From assembly GCA_963675745.2 (NCBI GenBank), contig CAXXWX010000023.1:64001-128000 (forward strand): 64,000 bases of DNA, written 5' to 3'. Each line of letters begins with the position of its first letter. Position 1 is the stretch's first letter. Positions 28,091 through 39,456 of this stretch are shown piece after piece. Origin of the DNA: Phycisphaerae bacterium (GTDB lineage Bacteria > Planctomycetota > Phycisphaerae > UBA1845 > Fen-1342). The notes beneath the pieces are model-generated. The model searched no databases. It worked only from the letters and a program-made list of their open reading frames with translations, and was not told the DNA's origin. Position numbers and translations under genes: made by a program.

Positions 28091-30145
28091 GTGATTCGTA
28101 CGTGGCAATCTGCTTTTGTCGTCGCGTGGCTCTCCCCCGCCCTGGCCGCGGCCGCCAACCTGCTGGCCAACCCGGGGTTCGAGCAGCACACCGCCGGCTG
28201 GCCCGATAGCTATGATGGCTGGGGGCACATGCAGAGCGTTGTCGCCGTGGACCTGGGCTTGCCGGCACACGGCGAAGAGCGCGTGCTGTGCGGCGAAGAC
28301 GTGTACGGTGACGCCTACAATGCCGGCGGTGTACACCAGTTCGTGCCGGCCGCGCCCGGCGAGATGTTCCGCACGCAATGCTGGATCTACCACCACACCG
28401 GTCATCTTCTGGTCGGCGACAGCTCCCTGTGGATCAAGCTCGAATTCAAGGATGCCGGCGGCGCGATCCTGGCATCGCAGTCCGTCCAGGTCATGGACGC
28501 CACGGCGCCGACGGATGTGTGGCAATTAGCCATCGGCCCCCAGGCCATCGCACCGCCCGACACGGTGAGCGCGGGGATTGTGCTGGTCTTCATGCAGCCC
28601 AATGAGACCGACGACGGAGCAGGCATCTTCGACGACGCGTTAATAGAACGCGTGGACCCGGAGACCATCGCGTATGACATGACCCAGCGCGGTCCCGCGT
28701 TTGCCGGCTTCGGCGCACAACTTTGGGGTTACTGCTACAGCCCCACCCAGCAGCTTCAGGCCCTGGACAACCTCAACACCCGCTACATCCGGCTCGAGCG
28801 CGAGAGCGCCTCGTGGTCGCAGATGCAGGTTACCCGGCAGATGACCGACCTGTTCGGCATCCAGTGGATCTACATGATCTGGAGCGCCCCGTCGCAGTTC
28901 GTCGACGCCCAGAACCGACTGCGCGACTCCCAGCTTTCAGCATTCGCACAGTGGTGGGCGGCCGAGGTGGACGAGCTGTACGACAACGGCATTCCCATCG
29001 AGTACGTCGAGCTCATGAACGAGCCGGACAGCGACGGCCAATGGAGCACCGGCATTACTCCCGTGCAGTACAACGCTCTGGTTCAGCAGGTACGGGCGGC
29101 GTTGGATAGCCATGGCCGCACTGACGTGGGCATCGTCGGCCCCGGCACGTCGAACCTCGCCAATGCGACCGGTTACCTGGTCGCACTCGACGCTGCGGGT
29201 GTCGCCGCCCACGACATCTGGTCCGCACACGCATGGGGCGCCGACGATGGTTGCGGCCCGGCCTGCATCCAGAGCGCATGGGACACCTTTGCGGACGCCG
29301 CCGCCGCCCGCGACCCGAACCTGCCGCTGTTTGTGACCGAATACGCCACGCATGAGCAGACCTGGTTCGGCGTGACGTATCCCAGTGCTGACGATTACGG
29401 CGGTTGGGACCCGAATGCCGTGTTCCCGTATTACAGCGTGACGAACACGATGCCCTACGCGGTGCGCGTCTATGGCAACACGCTTGCTCTGCTTAACGCC
29501 GGCGCGAACGCGCCTCTGATCTGGCAACTGCTCGACTTCCCGTCGGCGGTGCAGGAGGTTGGCAAGGCCTGGGGCCTGATCGACCTGTGGGGCGATCCCA
29601 AGCCGGTCTATGGCACCCTGCTGACGCTGTATCCCGAGATTCCGGTGGGAGCCCAGGCGCTCATCGGGTCTGGCACACATCCGGGCGTATATACCGGGGC
29701 ATATGTGCTCGGGAACCGGTTGGTGATCGGCCTGGCAAACGAGACCCGCTCACCACAGACTGTCACGATCCATCTGGCCGGCGCCGCCTGTGTCGAGGTG
29801 CTTTCCGCGACGGCATTCGTGCAAACCTACGCCGGCGACCCGGCCATCGGCGAGCCGGATGTCGGCACAGCCACACCCGTGAGTGTGGCGTTTGACACGA
29901 ACTTCGAGCTGACCACCACCCTGCCGGCGATCGGCACGCTCACCATCGTCGCCACGGTCACGCCGTCTGCCACGGACCTTGACGGCGATGGCAGCGTGTC
30001 GGTCGGTGACCTGCTGGTGCTCGCAGACTGCCTGGCCGGCCCGGATGTCCAGCCCGCCGCGGGCTGCGCGTGCGCCGACCTGGACGCCGACACTGATGTT
30101 GATCTGGGCGAGTATGTGCTCTTACAGGGCGCCCTCGCGCCGTAG
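28091..30145 (+). CDS. Secreted clan-A glycoside hydrolase (GH5/30/39-like) with N-terminal CBM4/9-like and C-terminal dockerin-like domains
   Basis: NLLANPGFE; ELMNEPD (acid/base); LFVTEYA (nucleophile); DLDGDG..CLAGP..DLDADTDVD. Confidence 0.8.
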   Translation: MIRTWQSAFVVAWLSPALAAAANLLANPGFEQHTAGWPDSYDGWGHMQSVVAVDLGLPAHGEERVLCGEDVYGDAYNAGGVHQFVPAAPGEMFRTQCWIYHHTGHLLVGDSSLWIKLEFKDAGGAILASQSVQVMDATAPTDVWQLAIGPQAIAPPDTVSAGIVLVFMQPNETDDGAGIFDDALIERVDPETIAYDMTQRGPAFAGFGAQLWGYCYSPTQQLQALDNLNTRYIRLERESASWSQMQVTRQMTDLFGIQWIYMIWSAPSQFVDAQNRLRDSQLSAFAQWWAAEVDELYDNGIPIEYVELMNEPDSDGQWSTGITPVQYNALVQQVRAALDSHGRTDVGIVGPGTSNLANATGYLVALDAAGVAAHDIWSAHAWGADDGCGPACIQSAWDTFADAAAARDPNLPLFVTEYATHEQTWFGVTYPSADDYGGWDPNAVFPYYSVTNTMPYAVRVYGNTLALLNAGANAPLIWQLLDFPSAVQEVGKAWGLIDLWGDPKPVYGTLLTLYPEIPVGAQALIGSGTHPGVYTGAYVLGNRLVIGLANETRSPQTVTIHLAGAACVEVLSATAFVQTYAGDPAIGEPDVGTATPVSVAFDTNFELTTTLPAIGTLTIVATVTPSATDLDGDGSVSVGDLLVLADCLAGPDVQPAAGCACADLDADTDVDLGEYVLLQGALAP

Positions 30146-30171
30146 GTTATGGAGAGGAGACGACAGAACCC

Positions 30172-31729
30172 GTGATGCGCGCATGGATCAGTGCCATTGG
30201 GCTGATGGTTGCCGCCGCCGGCGTGGCACTCGCGGCGGTACAGCCCAAGCCGGACCAGGCGCCGGCCACGCCGAAGCTTGATACGACGGTTCGCATCGAC
30301 TTCGCGGAACCTGTTTCGAAGGCGTTCCTGGGCATCGGTGTGCAGTGGGCATCGTATCCGTGGTTCGAGGTCTCGCCCGCCGACTGGGAGAAGGTCACGC
30401 GGCGGGTCGAGTTCCTGCGCATGCCGATCAGCCGCGTGATGCTGGATGCGTTCTGGTACTGGCGCGGGTTTGACGCGGCGGCCGGCCGATCTTCGACTGG
30501 GACACGCCGTACATGCGCAAGCTGCACCTGCTGCTCGATTTCTGCGAGCGCAACGGGACGACGGTGATGCTGGGCGAATGGGGCCGCCCGTGCGGGGAAG
30601 GCGTCGAGCTCGCCAGTGCCGACCCGCGCTGGACAACCTCGTCGGTGAATCACTCGAGCACTTCCTGCTGCGCCGCAAGTACACCTGCATTCGCTACTAC
30701 AACCTGATCAACGAACCGCACGGCTCCTGGAGCAACATCACCGTCGAGGACTGGCACACCGCGCTGCAGAACCTCGAACGCGAGCTCAAGCCGCCGCGGG
30801 CTCGACCAGCGCGTCCGCGTCGCCGCCCCGGACGGCGACCGCTACCTGACGACGCGGTCCCTGCGCGATCCTGATCTGCGCCGTCTGACCGGGATCTACG
30901 ACGAGCACTGGTACGTGTTCCGCGAGGAGATCCACCGCGGGCTGCTCGAACTCTACGCCCGCGAGCAGTTGCGCCAGATCCGCCGCGCCGATCCCGGCAA
31001 GCCGTTCATCCTCGGCGAGATCGGGATCATGGATGGCAAGACCGAACGCGATCAGAACCCGGACGTGTTCCGCTTCTGGTACGGCCTGACCATGGCCGAC
31101 GCCGCGATTCAGGCCCTGCGGGCCGGCGTTGAGCGGCGTCATCGCCTGGAACCTCGACGACGCCATGTACTTCCTCGGCGACGGCGAGGAGTACATGAAC
31201 GCCCTGACCGACGAAGCCGCCGCCCGACGCCTACGACCGCCGCAAGATCTGGGGCATGTGGAACATCCTCGGCGCCGAGCACGGCCACCCGGAGGAGGAG
31301 CACGCTTCGGCCGTGGTTCTTCGCCTGGGCGGCGCTGGCACGATCGTTCCCGCCGGCTGCCAGCCGGTCGAGGTTCAAGCAACCGGCATCCCCGGCCTGC
31401 GCGTGGCAGCCGCGCGTCTGGTGTCGCCGGCCGGATACTCGATCGCGATCGTCAATCACGACAAGTGGCCGCGGCGTCTGCGCCTGCACGCGCCCGCCGC
31501 GACCGAAACACTGACGTTCGAGCGGTGGGAATACCGCGATAAGGACGGCGACGAGCGCGTGGATTGCTGGCCCGTAACGGTGGATGCCGACGGGCGCGAT
31601 ATCTTTCCCCGCCCGGTGGGACAACTCCGGGATGTACGGATGACGGACGGTTTGACGCTGGATGTCCCTGCCAACACCCTGCTGGTGCTGACCACGGTGG
31701 TGACTGAGACACCGGCCAACTCGAACTGA
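30172..31729 (+). pseudogene. Secreted clan-A glycoside hydrolase interrupted by several frameshifts
   Basis: Fragments in successive frames: signal+FLGIGVQW, YYNLINEP, PFILGEIG, GVIAWNLDDAM, YSIAIVNH; may be intact in vivo. Confidence 0.7.
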
Positions 31730-31744
31730 GAGGCGCGACGAGCA

Positions 31745-33777
31745 ATGGCGACACTGAACAGCCTGGATTACACGATCATCAGCCTGTACATCGTGGGCCT
31801 GGTGGTGTTGGGCGTGTGGTTCCGGCGGCTGGCCTCGCGGAACATGGACTCCTATTTCCTGGCGGAAAAGCGCCTGCCCTGGTGGATGCTCGGCATTTCC
31901 GGCATGGGCTATTCGCTCGACCTCGCCGGGACCATGGTCATCATCTCGCTGCTGTACATCTTCGGCCCGCGCGGCCTGTTCATCGAATTCCGCGGCGGCC
32001 TGTCGCTCGCGATGATCTGCCAGATGCTCTGGACCGGCAAATGGCACCGTCGTTCGGGCTGCATGACCGTGGCCGAGTGGATGACGTTCCGCTTCGGCGA
32101 GGGGCAGGGCGCCAGATTCGCCCGTGCCGCCACCGCCATCGTGTTCATCGTCTTCACCGCCGCCATGCTGACCTACCTCGCGGTCGGGACCGGCATGTTC
32201 CTCTCCCAGTTCGTCCCCTTCACCCCGTTCCAGTGTTCACTCGTGCTCATCGGCGCCGCCGCCGTCAGTACGGTCATGTCCGGCCTCTACGGCGTAGTGT
32301 TCGCCGACCTGTTCCAGTGCGCGCTGATCGTTGTCGGCATCGCCATCGTCGCCATCCTGGCGCTGACGCGCATGGACGACGCGGCGACCTTTGCCCACGT
32401 GGCACAGACGGTGACCGGCGCGGCGGAGTGGACCGACTCGTTCCCCAACTGGACGGCCACCGTCCCGGCCGGCTACGAGCAGTACAAACACCTCTTCCTC
32501 TACACGATGGTGTTTCTCGTCACTGAACAAGCTCATCATCGGCGGCTTCGGGACCGGCCACGAGCCGCAGTTCTTCGCCGCCCGCAACGAGCGCGAGTGC
32601 GGGCTGCTGGCCTGCCTGTGGTCGGTGCTGATGCTCGCCCGCTGGCCGTTCATGATCGCGTTCGCGATCCTGGGCATCTACCTGGTGCAGGGCTTCTTCC
32701 CCGACCGCGGGCCAGATCGCCGAAGCCACCGCACTGATCAAGCAGCACGTCCCGGCCGACCCGGCGACCTGGCGTGAAGTCCTCAGCCAGATCAAGCTGC
32801 ACCCCCAGGAACACGCGAGCTGGTCGCCTCCCTGCAAAGCGTGCTGGGCGCCGGTTGGGCCGGCAAGCTCGAGCTGCTCAGCTACGAGGGCACCATCAAC
32901 GCCGAGCGCATCGTCCCGGTCGTGATCATTCACAACATCCCCGGCGGCGTGCGCGGCCTGATGCTGGTCGCGCTGATGGCCGCTTCGCTGTCGACGTTCA
33001 ACGTGACCGTCAACAAGGCGGCGGCGATGTGGACCAACGACCTGTACCGCGCGTTCATGCGGCCGCAGAGCCGGGACGCGCGAGCTGTTGGGCAGCACGT
33101 ACGTGTTCTGTGCCCTGCTCATCGGCCTGTCGTTTGCCGTCGCCTACGTCGTGCCGACATCAACTCCATCTGGGGCTGGATCACCATGGGGCTGGCCTCC
33201 GGCATGGGCATGCCGCTGCTGCTGCGCTTCTACTGGTGGCGGTTCAACGGGGCCGGGTTCGCCGCGGGGATGTTCGGCGGCCTGATCGCCGCCCTGCTGG
33301 TCATGGCTTACAACACGTACTATCCGGAGCAGGCCCTGAGCGAGGTGACGCAGTTCCTGCTGCTGACACCGATCTCGCTGGTCCTGGCGATCATAGGCAC
33401 TTACCTGGGCCGCCCGACGCCGACGCCGGTGGTCGAGCATTTCTACCAGACTGACGCGGCCGTTCGGGTTCTGGGGGTGACTATCCGCAGCCGACTCGCT
33501 CCGGAGGTGCGCGCCGCGACGCGTCGTGAGCATCGCAACGACCTGATCGCCCTGCCGATCGCGTTCGTGTGGATGGTCACGATGTACCTGGCGCCGATGC
33601 AGTTGATGATTGGCCGGTACGCCGCCGGCGGTATTTCCGCCGCGCTGTTTGCCCTTAGTTGTGCCGGCCTTTATGTGTTCTGGTATCGCAACCTTCCGTC
33701 CCCCACGCCGCGCACAGTATCCGAGCCCGCTTCGGCGGCGCCCCCTGTCACGGAGACAAAGAAAGTCAACACCATGA
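31745..33777 (+). pseudogene. Sodium:solute symporter (SSS), frameshifted
   Basis: LDYTII..SYFLAEKRLPWWMLGIS; GVVFADLFQ; GVRGLMLVALMAASLST; LLRFYWWRFNG; several indels. Confidence 0.8.
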
Positions 33778-34783
33778 GGCTGCAGCGCTACGAAGGCAAC
33801 CCGATCCTGAAACCAAATCCGGACCATCCCTGGGAGTCCATGGTCACAACCAACCCCGGGGCCTGGTACGACCGTGAGCGGCGTGAAGTGCTGCTGCTTT
33901 ACCGGGCGGCGGGTTTCGACGAGCAGCATGTCATTCGGCTCGGGCTGGCCCGCAGTAGCGACGGCCGCCACTTCGAGCGGGAGCCCGAGCCCGTCTTTGG
34001 ACCGAGCCGCGACGGGTTCGACGCCGGCTGCGTGGAAGACCCGCGCATCACCAAGATGGGCGACTACTTCTACATCACGTATGCAAGCCGCCCGTTCCCC
34101 CGGGGCAGTATTGGCTGAACGACCACGCCCCCTACCGCCTGCCGAAGTGCCCGCCCGAGTTCCCGCAGCGCCTGCGCACGAATGCCACCGCCACGGGGCT
34201 CGCGCTCACGCGCAACTTCAAGACCTTCATCCGGGCCGGCCGGATCACCGATGCGCTGGTCGACGATCGTGATGCGATCCTGTTCCCTGAGCGGATCGAC
34301 GGCGAGTTCTGGATGCTGCACCGCCCGATGGAGTGGCTGGGGCGCGGATTCGGTACGGAGCATCCCGCGATCTGGATCGCCCACGGCCGGGATATGCTAA
34401 GCATGCGTGACACACGCCTGCTCTGCACGGCCCAGCAGCCCTGGGAGCGCAAGCTCGGGGCCAACACGCCCCCGTTACGTACCGAATACGGCTGGCTGAC
34501 CCTCTACCATGCCGTTGGACCCGACGGTCTTTATCGCCTCGGTGCCCTGCTGCTGAAGCTGGATGAGCCGGCCCGCGTGCTGCATCGCACGCCGGAATGG
34601 CTCTTGCAGCCTGAGATGGAATACGAGATCGACGGCATGTACGCCGGCTGCGTGTTTCCGTGCGGGAAAGTCGTGATCGACGGCGTTCTGCATGTCTACT
34701 ACGGGGCCGCGGACCGCTTCGTCGGTCTGGCAACCTGCCCGCTCGATGAGCTGCTGAAGTACCTCCGCACTTGTCCCGCGTGA
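33774..34783 (+). CDS. GH130-family glycoside phosphorylase/hydrolase (frameshift near 34100)
   Basis: RYEGNPILKP, NPGA, LLYRA, GCVEDPRI, MLHRP, WLTLYHAV, CVFPCG, YYGAAD. Confidence 0.85.
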
Positions 34784-34921
34784 ACTGGCGGCACGCCGGT
34801 CCGCGGCAGCTCACTGCGGGCAGCCGCCGAGAATGCTGATCGTGCCAACCGAACTGGTGTTCGCGCGCGGTACAATAGAAACGCACATCGTCTTGTGGCC
34901 GAAAGTAGGGAGGAAACGCCG

Positions 34922-36019
34922 ATGAGCCTGGGGAACGAAAGCCCGTCTTTGCCGGAAACGGGAGCGTCGAGGCTATGCGCGTCGCCGCGCGCAGCCGGTT
35001 TCACCATGGTCGAACTCGCCGTGACAGCGGCCTGTCTGGCCCTGCTGGCATCGGCTCTGCTGGCTGTGCCACGCACACTACAGAACTGGTCCAGGCACGG
35101 TGGCTGTCTGAACCACCTGCGAAGTCTCGGAGCAGCCGCGCAGTCGTTCGCTTCGGAACACGACGGCCGGCTTCAACTCGCGGCCGACCAGCTTGGTGTT
35201 GATATCGCCGATCCGAACCGGGAGCTGTTTGCCTACGGCGGCGGAGAGCTGCTCGCCTGGCCGGTGGTCCTGGCACAGTCAGCCGGGCTTGGCTATGAGT
35301 ACAACTGGGATTGGGGCGTGCGGGCAAACTCGTTCGCGCAGGCACTCGAACGACAGGCATTCATGGCTGATGACTTCAGTATCGCAACCTGCCCGGCCGA
35401 CACGGTCAAGACCTCAACGCCGTACTTCCCGCGCGGCAGCGGTCTGCACGGCAACGGTGACCCGGACTACCCCGTAGCCCCGACAGTCTCGACCGCCTAC
35501 TGGGGCAGACTGAGCTATGCGGTCAACGAGGACATCGTCGGTATCGAATCGCAGGATGGCCCGGCGTGGCCGGCGTGTTGGAGAACGGTGGCGTGTGCGG
35601 ACGATTGGTGCGAATGCCTGGGCGGGTATGCGTATGGACCGTCGAGCCCATGCTTCGGTGACCATGGCTCGCGCCTGCGCGGGCGCTTGGACGACGTTTA
35701 CGAACCCGAGTCGGTCGCCTTGTTCGTCGAGGCGGGGCCGAACAACGGCGCCGATCTCGATCCGCCCGGCATCGCGGCGGACTACGCCAATCTGATCCCC
35801 AGCATCTACGCCCACGGTCCCGGCCTGGCAGACGCGCAGCAGCAGCATCCGGCGCGCATACCCACCAACCGGCACCCCGGCGGTCGCATAAACGTCCTTT
35901 TCGCTGATTTCCACGCCCGGCCGGTGCATCCGATCGAGTACGATGCCGACAGCGGTCTGCCCTCGACATACCGCCCGCGCGTGCGCGTGTCGCCATATGA
36001 CCCGCACGGGATGTTCTGA
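34922..36019 (+). CDS. Second DUF1559-like pilin-type protein, paralogue of 26844..27950 with a degenerate N-terminal helix
   Basis: GFTMVELAV; shared GELLAWPV, DWGVRA, TPYFPRG, YWGRLSY, WPACWR, YGPSSPCF, RIPTNRHP, PRVRVSPY. Confidence 0.85.
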   Translation: MSLGNESPSLPETGASRLCASPRAAGFTMVELAVTAACLALLASALLAVPRTLQNWSRHGGCLNHLRSLGAAAQSFASEHDGRLQLAADQLGVDIADPNRELFAYGGGELLAWPVVLAQSAGLGYEYNWDWGVRANSFAQALERQAFMADDFSIATCPADTVKTSTPYFPRGSGLHGNGDPDYPVAPTVSTAYWGRLSYAVNEDIVGIESQDGPAWPACWRTVACADDWCECLGGYAYGPSSPCFGDHGSRLRGRLDDVYEPESVALFVEAGPNNGADLDPPGIAADYANLIPSIYAHGPGLADAQQQHPARIPTNRHPGGRINVLFADFHARPVHPIEYDADSGLPSTYRPRVRVSPYDPHGMF

Positions 36020-36135
36020 AAACAACCGTGCGCGTGCATCGTCCAAACGGGAATGTGAACTTCGACGAGCAAGCCCCGAGGGGGCCATGTCGCCCTGTTG
36101 CCGGCCGACGTGGCGCCCGTCACTCTGCGTGGCAG

Positions 36136-36801
36136 TTATCGCCGCCGGCGCCACACGAGGGCGGCAACTCCCAGCGCCAGCATGCCGAGCGTCCCCGGTT
36201 CGGGCATGAGCACTACGTTGTCCAGCCCACTGGTGTCGCCTTCCAGCCCTTCACGAAACTCGGCCGAGATCACCAACCCATCCAAGGCCGTGAGAACCGC
36301 GATCATCTGCGTGTGCGTCGGGGGCTGTAACGTATCGGGGTCAAACCAGCCGGCGGTCTCGGTCATCCACAGCGTATGGGAGTGCCAGGCGGGGTACGTG
36401 GTGGCCGGGGCGTCAAACGTACAGACAAACTGATGGCCCGCGCCTTCGATACCCACCCAGCCGGCCATATTGGGGTCGGGCATGTTGTACGCCGCGATGT
36501 CAAACGTCAACGCCTGACCGTACGCATCGAGTACATAGTGAAGGAACTTGTCGGGTGCGGAAAACCCCCAAGCGCCGTTGTCCGGATCGGTAGCGTAGAT
36601 CAGCCCATCCGGGTTGCCACCGGTGGACGAGTACATTGGCGCCCCGACGTATCCCTGCGTCGTGCGGATCAGCCAACCTTCGTCGTCGGTGTCAAACGTG
36701 CTGACCGCGACGGGGTCGGCGATCACCGTGGGCGTGATGAGCAGCGCCCCCATAAAACCAATCGCTAGCAACAACGGCATGTAGTGACAAGATGTGCGCA
36801 T
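36136..36801 (-). CDS. PEP-CTERM protein with laminin B (domain IV)-like passenger
   Basis: STFDTDDEGW..GGNPDG..FSAPDKFL..AYGQALTFD..LDNVVL; MPEPGTLGMLALGVAALVWRRRR. Confidence 0.8.
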   Translation of the reverse strand: MRTSCHYMPLLLAIGFMGALLITPTVIADPVAVSTFDTDDEGWLIRTTQGYVGAPMYSSTGGNPDGLIYATDPDNGAWGFSAPDKFLHYVLDAYGQALTFDIAAYNMPDPNMAGWVGIEGAGHQFVCTFDAPATTYPAWHSHTLWMTETAGWFDPDTLQPPTHTQMIAVLTALDGLVISAEFREGLEGDTSGLDNVVLMPEPGTLGMLALGVAALVWRRRR

Positions 36802-37324
36802 TCCCTCTTCCTCCTGTGCCACCTTGAGATGAAATGCAAACGGCGCGAGCAACCACGCCATTGTAAGAGGACACCCTCTCCCCCTGCCCCTCTTCCGACA
36901 TCATACACGATACGCTGACTCGACATCAAGACGCACGCCTCCCGGTGGCGCTTAATCGGGGTGACCATTCCTGGTAACGCAGCGGCAGCGGCGCGCCCCG
37001 ACCTGCACGGCTGTCACGCGCCTCGGGGGGGCGACCGGGGGCGCACAGTTGCCGTCTTCCCGGAATCCGTTCCCCAACTTCCGGAAACCAAGAAACCGGA
37101 CTCGCAGGATCGTCTATGAACGAGAGTAATTCTAGGTGGTGTCCGCCGTCCGTGGCTGCCGGCGCACGGACAGCTTTGGTAAAATGCCCATGGCGAAAGC
37201 GGTCAAGGGGAAACCGTCATCATGATGGTTACACATCGCCGCTCACTCGCCGGCAAATGAGTGGTCGTATCAGCACAGGCGGCCGCTGATGGGCGGGCCT
37301 TGCCTTGATTGGGAGGATACCAAC

Positions 37325-39220
37325 ATGTCAGAACTCGAGCGGCACACACGTCTGTCTGCGCCCGCGCGCGGCAAATGGCAGACCCGTCGAACCGTACAGG
37401 AACGCCAGTCGTGGCGTTGGATCTTACCGGTCGCCGGCCTGCTATCGGTGATCTGGGTTCTCGTCCGCGTGGTGCCCAAGCCGGCGCGCGCCGCGTATCC
37501 GTGCCAGCGCGTCGCGATGCCGCTGGCAGCCAGTTTTGTAGTGTGGCTGGCGGGAGGGCTCGGTATTGTTGCGCTGGCCCGGAAAGTGCAGGCGTTGTTG
37601 CGCGGCGCGCGGATCGACCGCGTTCTCGGCTCACTGGGACTGGCCGCGCTGGCCGCGGCCATCATGATCTTCCACATTCCGCCGCGCATAAGCTCCGCCA
37701 GCAGTGGACTGCCTCCCAACGCGCCGATGGGCGTGGCACGCGGCATCCACCCCGGCCGCGTTGTCTGGGTGCATGATCCAACCGCCACCGATTGGGAAGG
37801 CACCGACGACGATGGCAATGATATCGGTGACGGCTATTGGTGGCAGAGCGAGCACACCGACCAGGATGTCGTCGATAACATGTTCAGCCGCGCTGTCCGG
37901 GCGCTGGCCGGTGAAGGCACCACCACCGACGCGTGGGACGCCATCTTCCGGCACTTCAACATCGAGCACGGCAAAGGTGACGTCGGCTATCAGCCCGGCG
38001 AGAAGATCACGGTCAAGGTCAACCTGATTACTACGCAGCCCTCCGTCAACTGGTCAACCGGCGAGCAGACCGGGATGCTCGGCTTTGTAAACACGTCGCC
38101 GCAGATGATCCTGGCGTTGCTGCGCCAACTGGTGTACGTCGCCAATGTCGATCAGGCGGACATCACCGTTGGCGACCCCCTGGACTGGTTCCCCAATCAC
38201 TACTGGGATCACTGCCACACCGAGTTTCCAGACGTGCACTACGTGCAAGCCCTCGCCCGATGGGGACGCTACGGCGTTGTCTCGTCGGAGGGCACGCCGT
38301 ACGAGACGCGTATTCACTGGAGCACCAGCGACGCCGACGGAAAGATACCTGACTACCTGCCCGTCAGCTACGCCGAAGCCGCGTACATGATCAACTTCGC
38401 CTGCCTGAAGGGGCACGGCAGCGGCATAACACTGTGCGCGAAGAACCACTACGGCTCGCTCGGATACCGCCAGCCACCCGCGGCCGGTTACTATGACCTG
38501 CACGCGAGTCTGGCGCGCTCAAACCCAGGCATGGGGCACTACCGCGCACACGTCGACATTACGGGGCATTCCCATCTGGGCGGCAAGACGGTGCTGTATC
38601 TGATCGACGGTCTCTACGCCGGCTATTACTGGGAAGGCCACCCCTACAAGTGGGCGTTGCCGCCCTTCGGCGACGGACAGGGCGGGACCGATTGGCCGTC
38701 AAGCCTGTTTGCATCACTCGATCCCGTGGCTATCGATTCCGTCGCCTATGACTTCCTTCTGTCCGAGTGGCCGGACGTGGTCACCGGCGGCGGCGGGACG
38801 CCCGGGTGCATGGCTGGTGGGGAGGAAGACTACCTGCACGAGGGGGCGCTGGCCAACGATCCGCCCTCAGGGACATTCTACGACCCGGATGGTTCCCGGA
38901 TGGGGCTTTCCAGCCTCGGTGTGCACGAACACTGGGACAACAGTCTCGATAAGCAATACACGCGTAATCTGGGTACCGGCGACGGCATCGAACTCCTGGC
39001 CGTCAACGCGCCGCACGACGGTGACTTTGACCACGACGGGGCGGTATCGCTCGGCGACTTCATTACACACATCGACTGTCTGGCCGGGCCGGCGACATCG
39101 CCCGCCCCGACAGATCCCGTAACACCCGCAGAGTGCCTGGCCACCTTCGACTTCGACTTCGATACCGACGTCGATACGGTCGATTACGCGGCATTTCAGC
39201 CGACGTTCACAGGACAATAG
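37325..39220 (+). CDS. DUF362-like membrane-anchored protein with C-terminal dockerin-like domain
   Basis: PMGVARGIHPGRVVWVHDP; EKITVKVN; INFACLKGH; TLCAKNHYG; SLDPVAIDSV; GVHEHW. Confidence 0.75.
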   Translation: MSELERHTRLSAPARGKWQTRRTVQERQSWRWILPVAGLLSVIWVLVRVVPKPARAAYPCQRVAMPLAASFVVWLAGGLGIVALARKVQALLRGARIDRVLGSLGLAALAAAIMIFHIPPRISSASSGLPPNAPMGVARGIHPGRVVWVHDPTATDWEGTDDDGNDIGDGYWWQSEHTDQDVVDNMFSRAVRALAGEGTTTDAWDAIFRHFNIEHGKGDVGYQPGEKITVKVNLITTQPSVNWSTGEQTGMLGFVNTSPQMILALLRQLVYVANVDQADITVGDPLDWFPNHYWDHCHTEFPDVHYVQALARWGRYGVVSSEGTPYETRIHWSTSDADGKIPDYLPVSYAEAAYMINFACLKGHGSGITLCAKNHYGSLGYRQPPAAGYYDLHASLARSNPGMGHYRAHVDITGHSHLGGKTVLYLIDGLYAGYYWEGHPYKWALPPFGDGQGGTDWPSSLFASLDPVAIDSVAYDFLLSEWPDVVTGGGGTPGCMAGGEEDYLHEGALANDPPSGTFYDPDGSRMGLSSLGVHEHWDNSLDKQYTRNLGTGDGIELLAVNAPHDGDFDHDGAVSLGDFITHIDCLAGPATSPAPTDPVTPAECLATFDFDFDTDVDTVDYAAFQPTFTGQ

Positions 39221-39456
39221 GAGGCGAACCGGCCGACGGGCTGCGCCTTGGTAAGCCTCGTGAACCAGCGTCACAGGGGTGAATCCCGGATGTCTGCTAC
39301 GCTGTGTGCTGAGCGTTGATCGGCTTACCATGAACAGGGCTGACCGGCGACCGGATCACAGGGTAAGCCGGAGGTACGGGAAGCACAGTTGCGGGGTGCC
39401 CTCCCATATAATGGAGGAACGCCGCCCGGCGGTGGAGCCGAGCGGGGCCATGTGGG

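Noticed and set aside
39250..39329. Intergenic hairpin GGTAAGCC...GGCTTACC
   Set aside because: Single occurrence, no recognisable RNA family motif and no U-tract.
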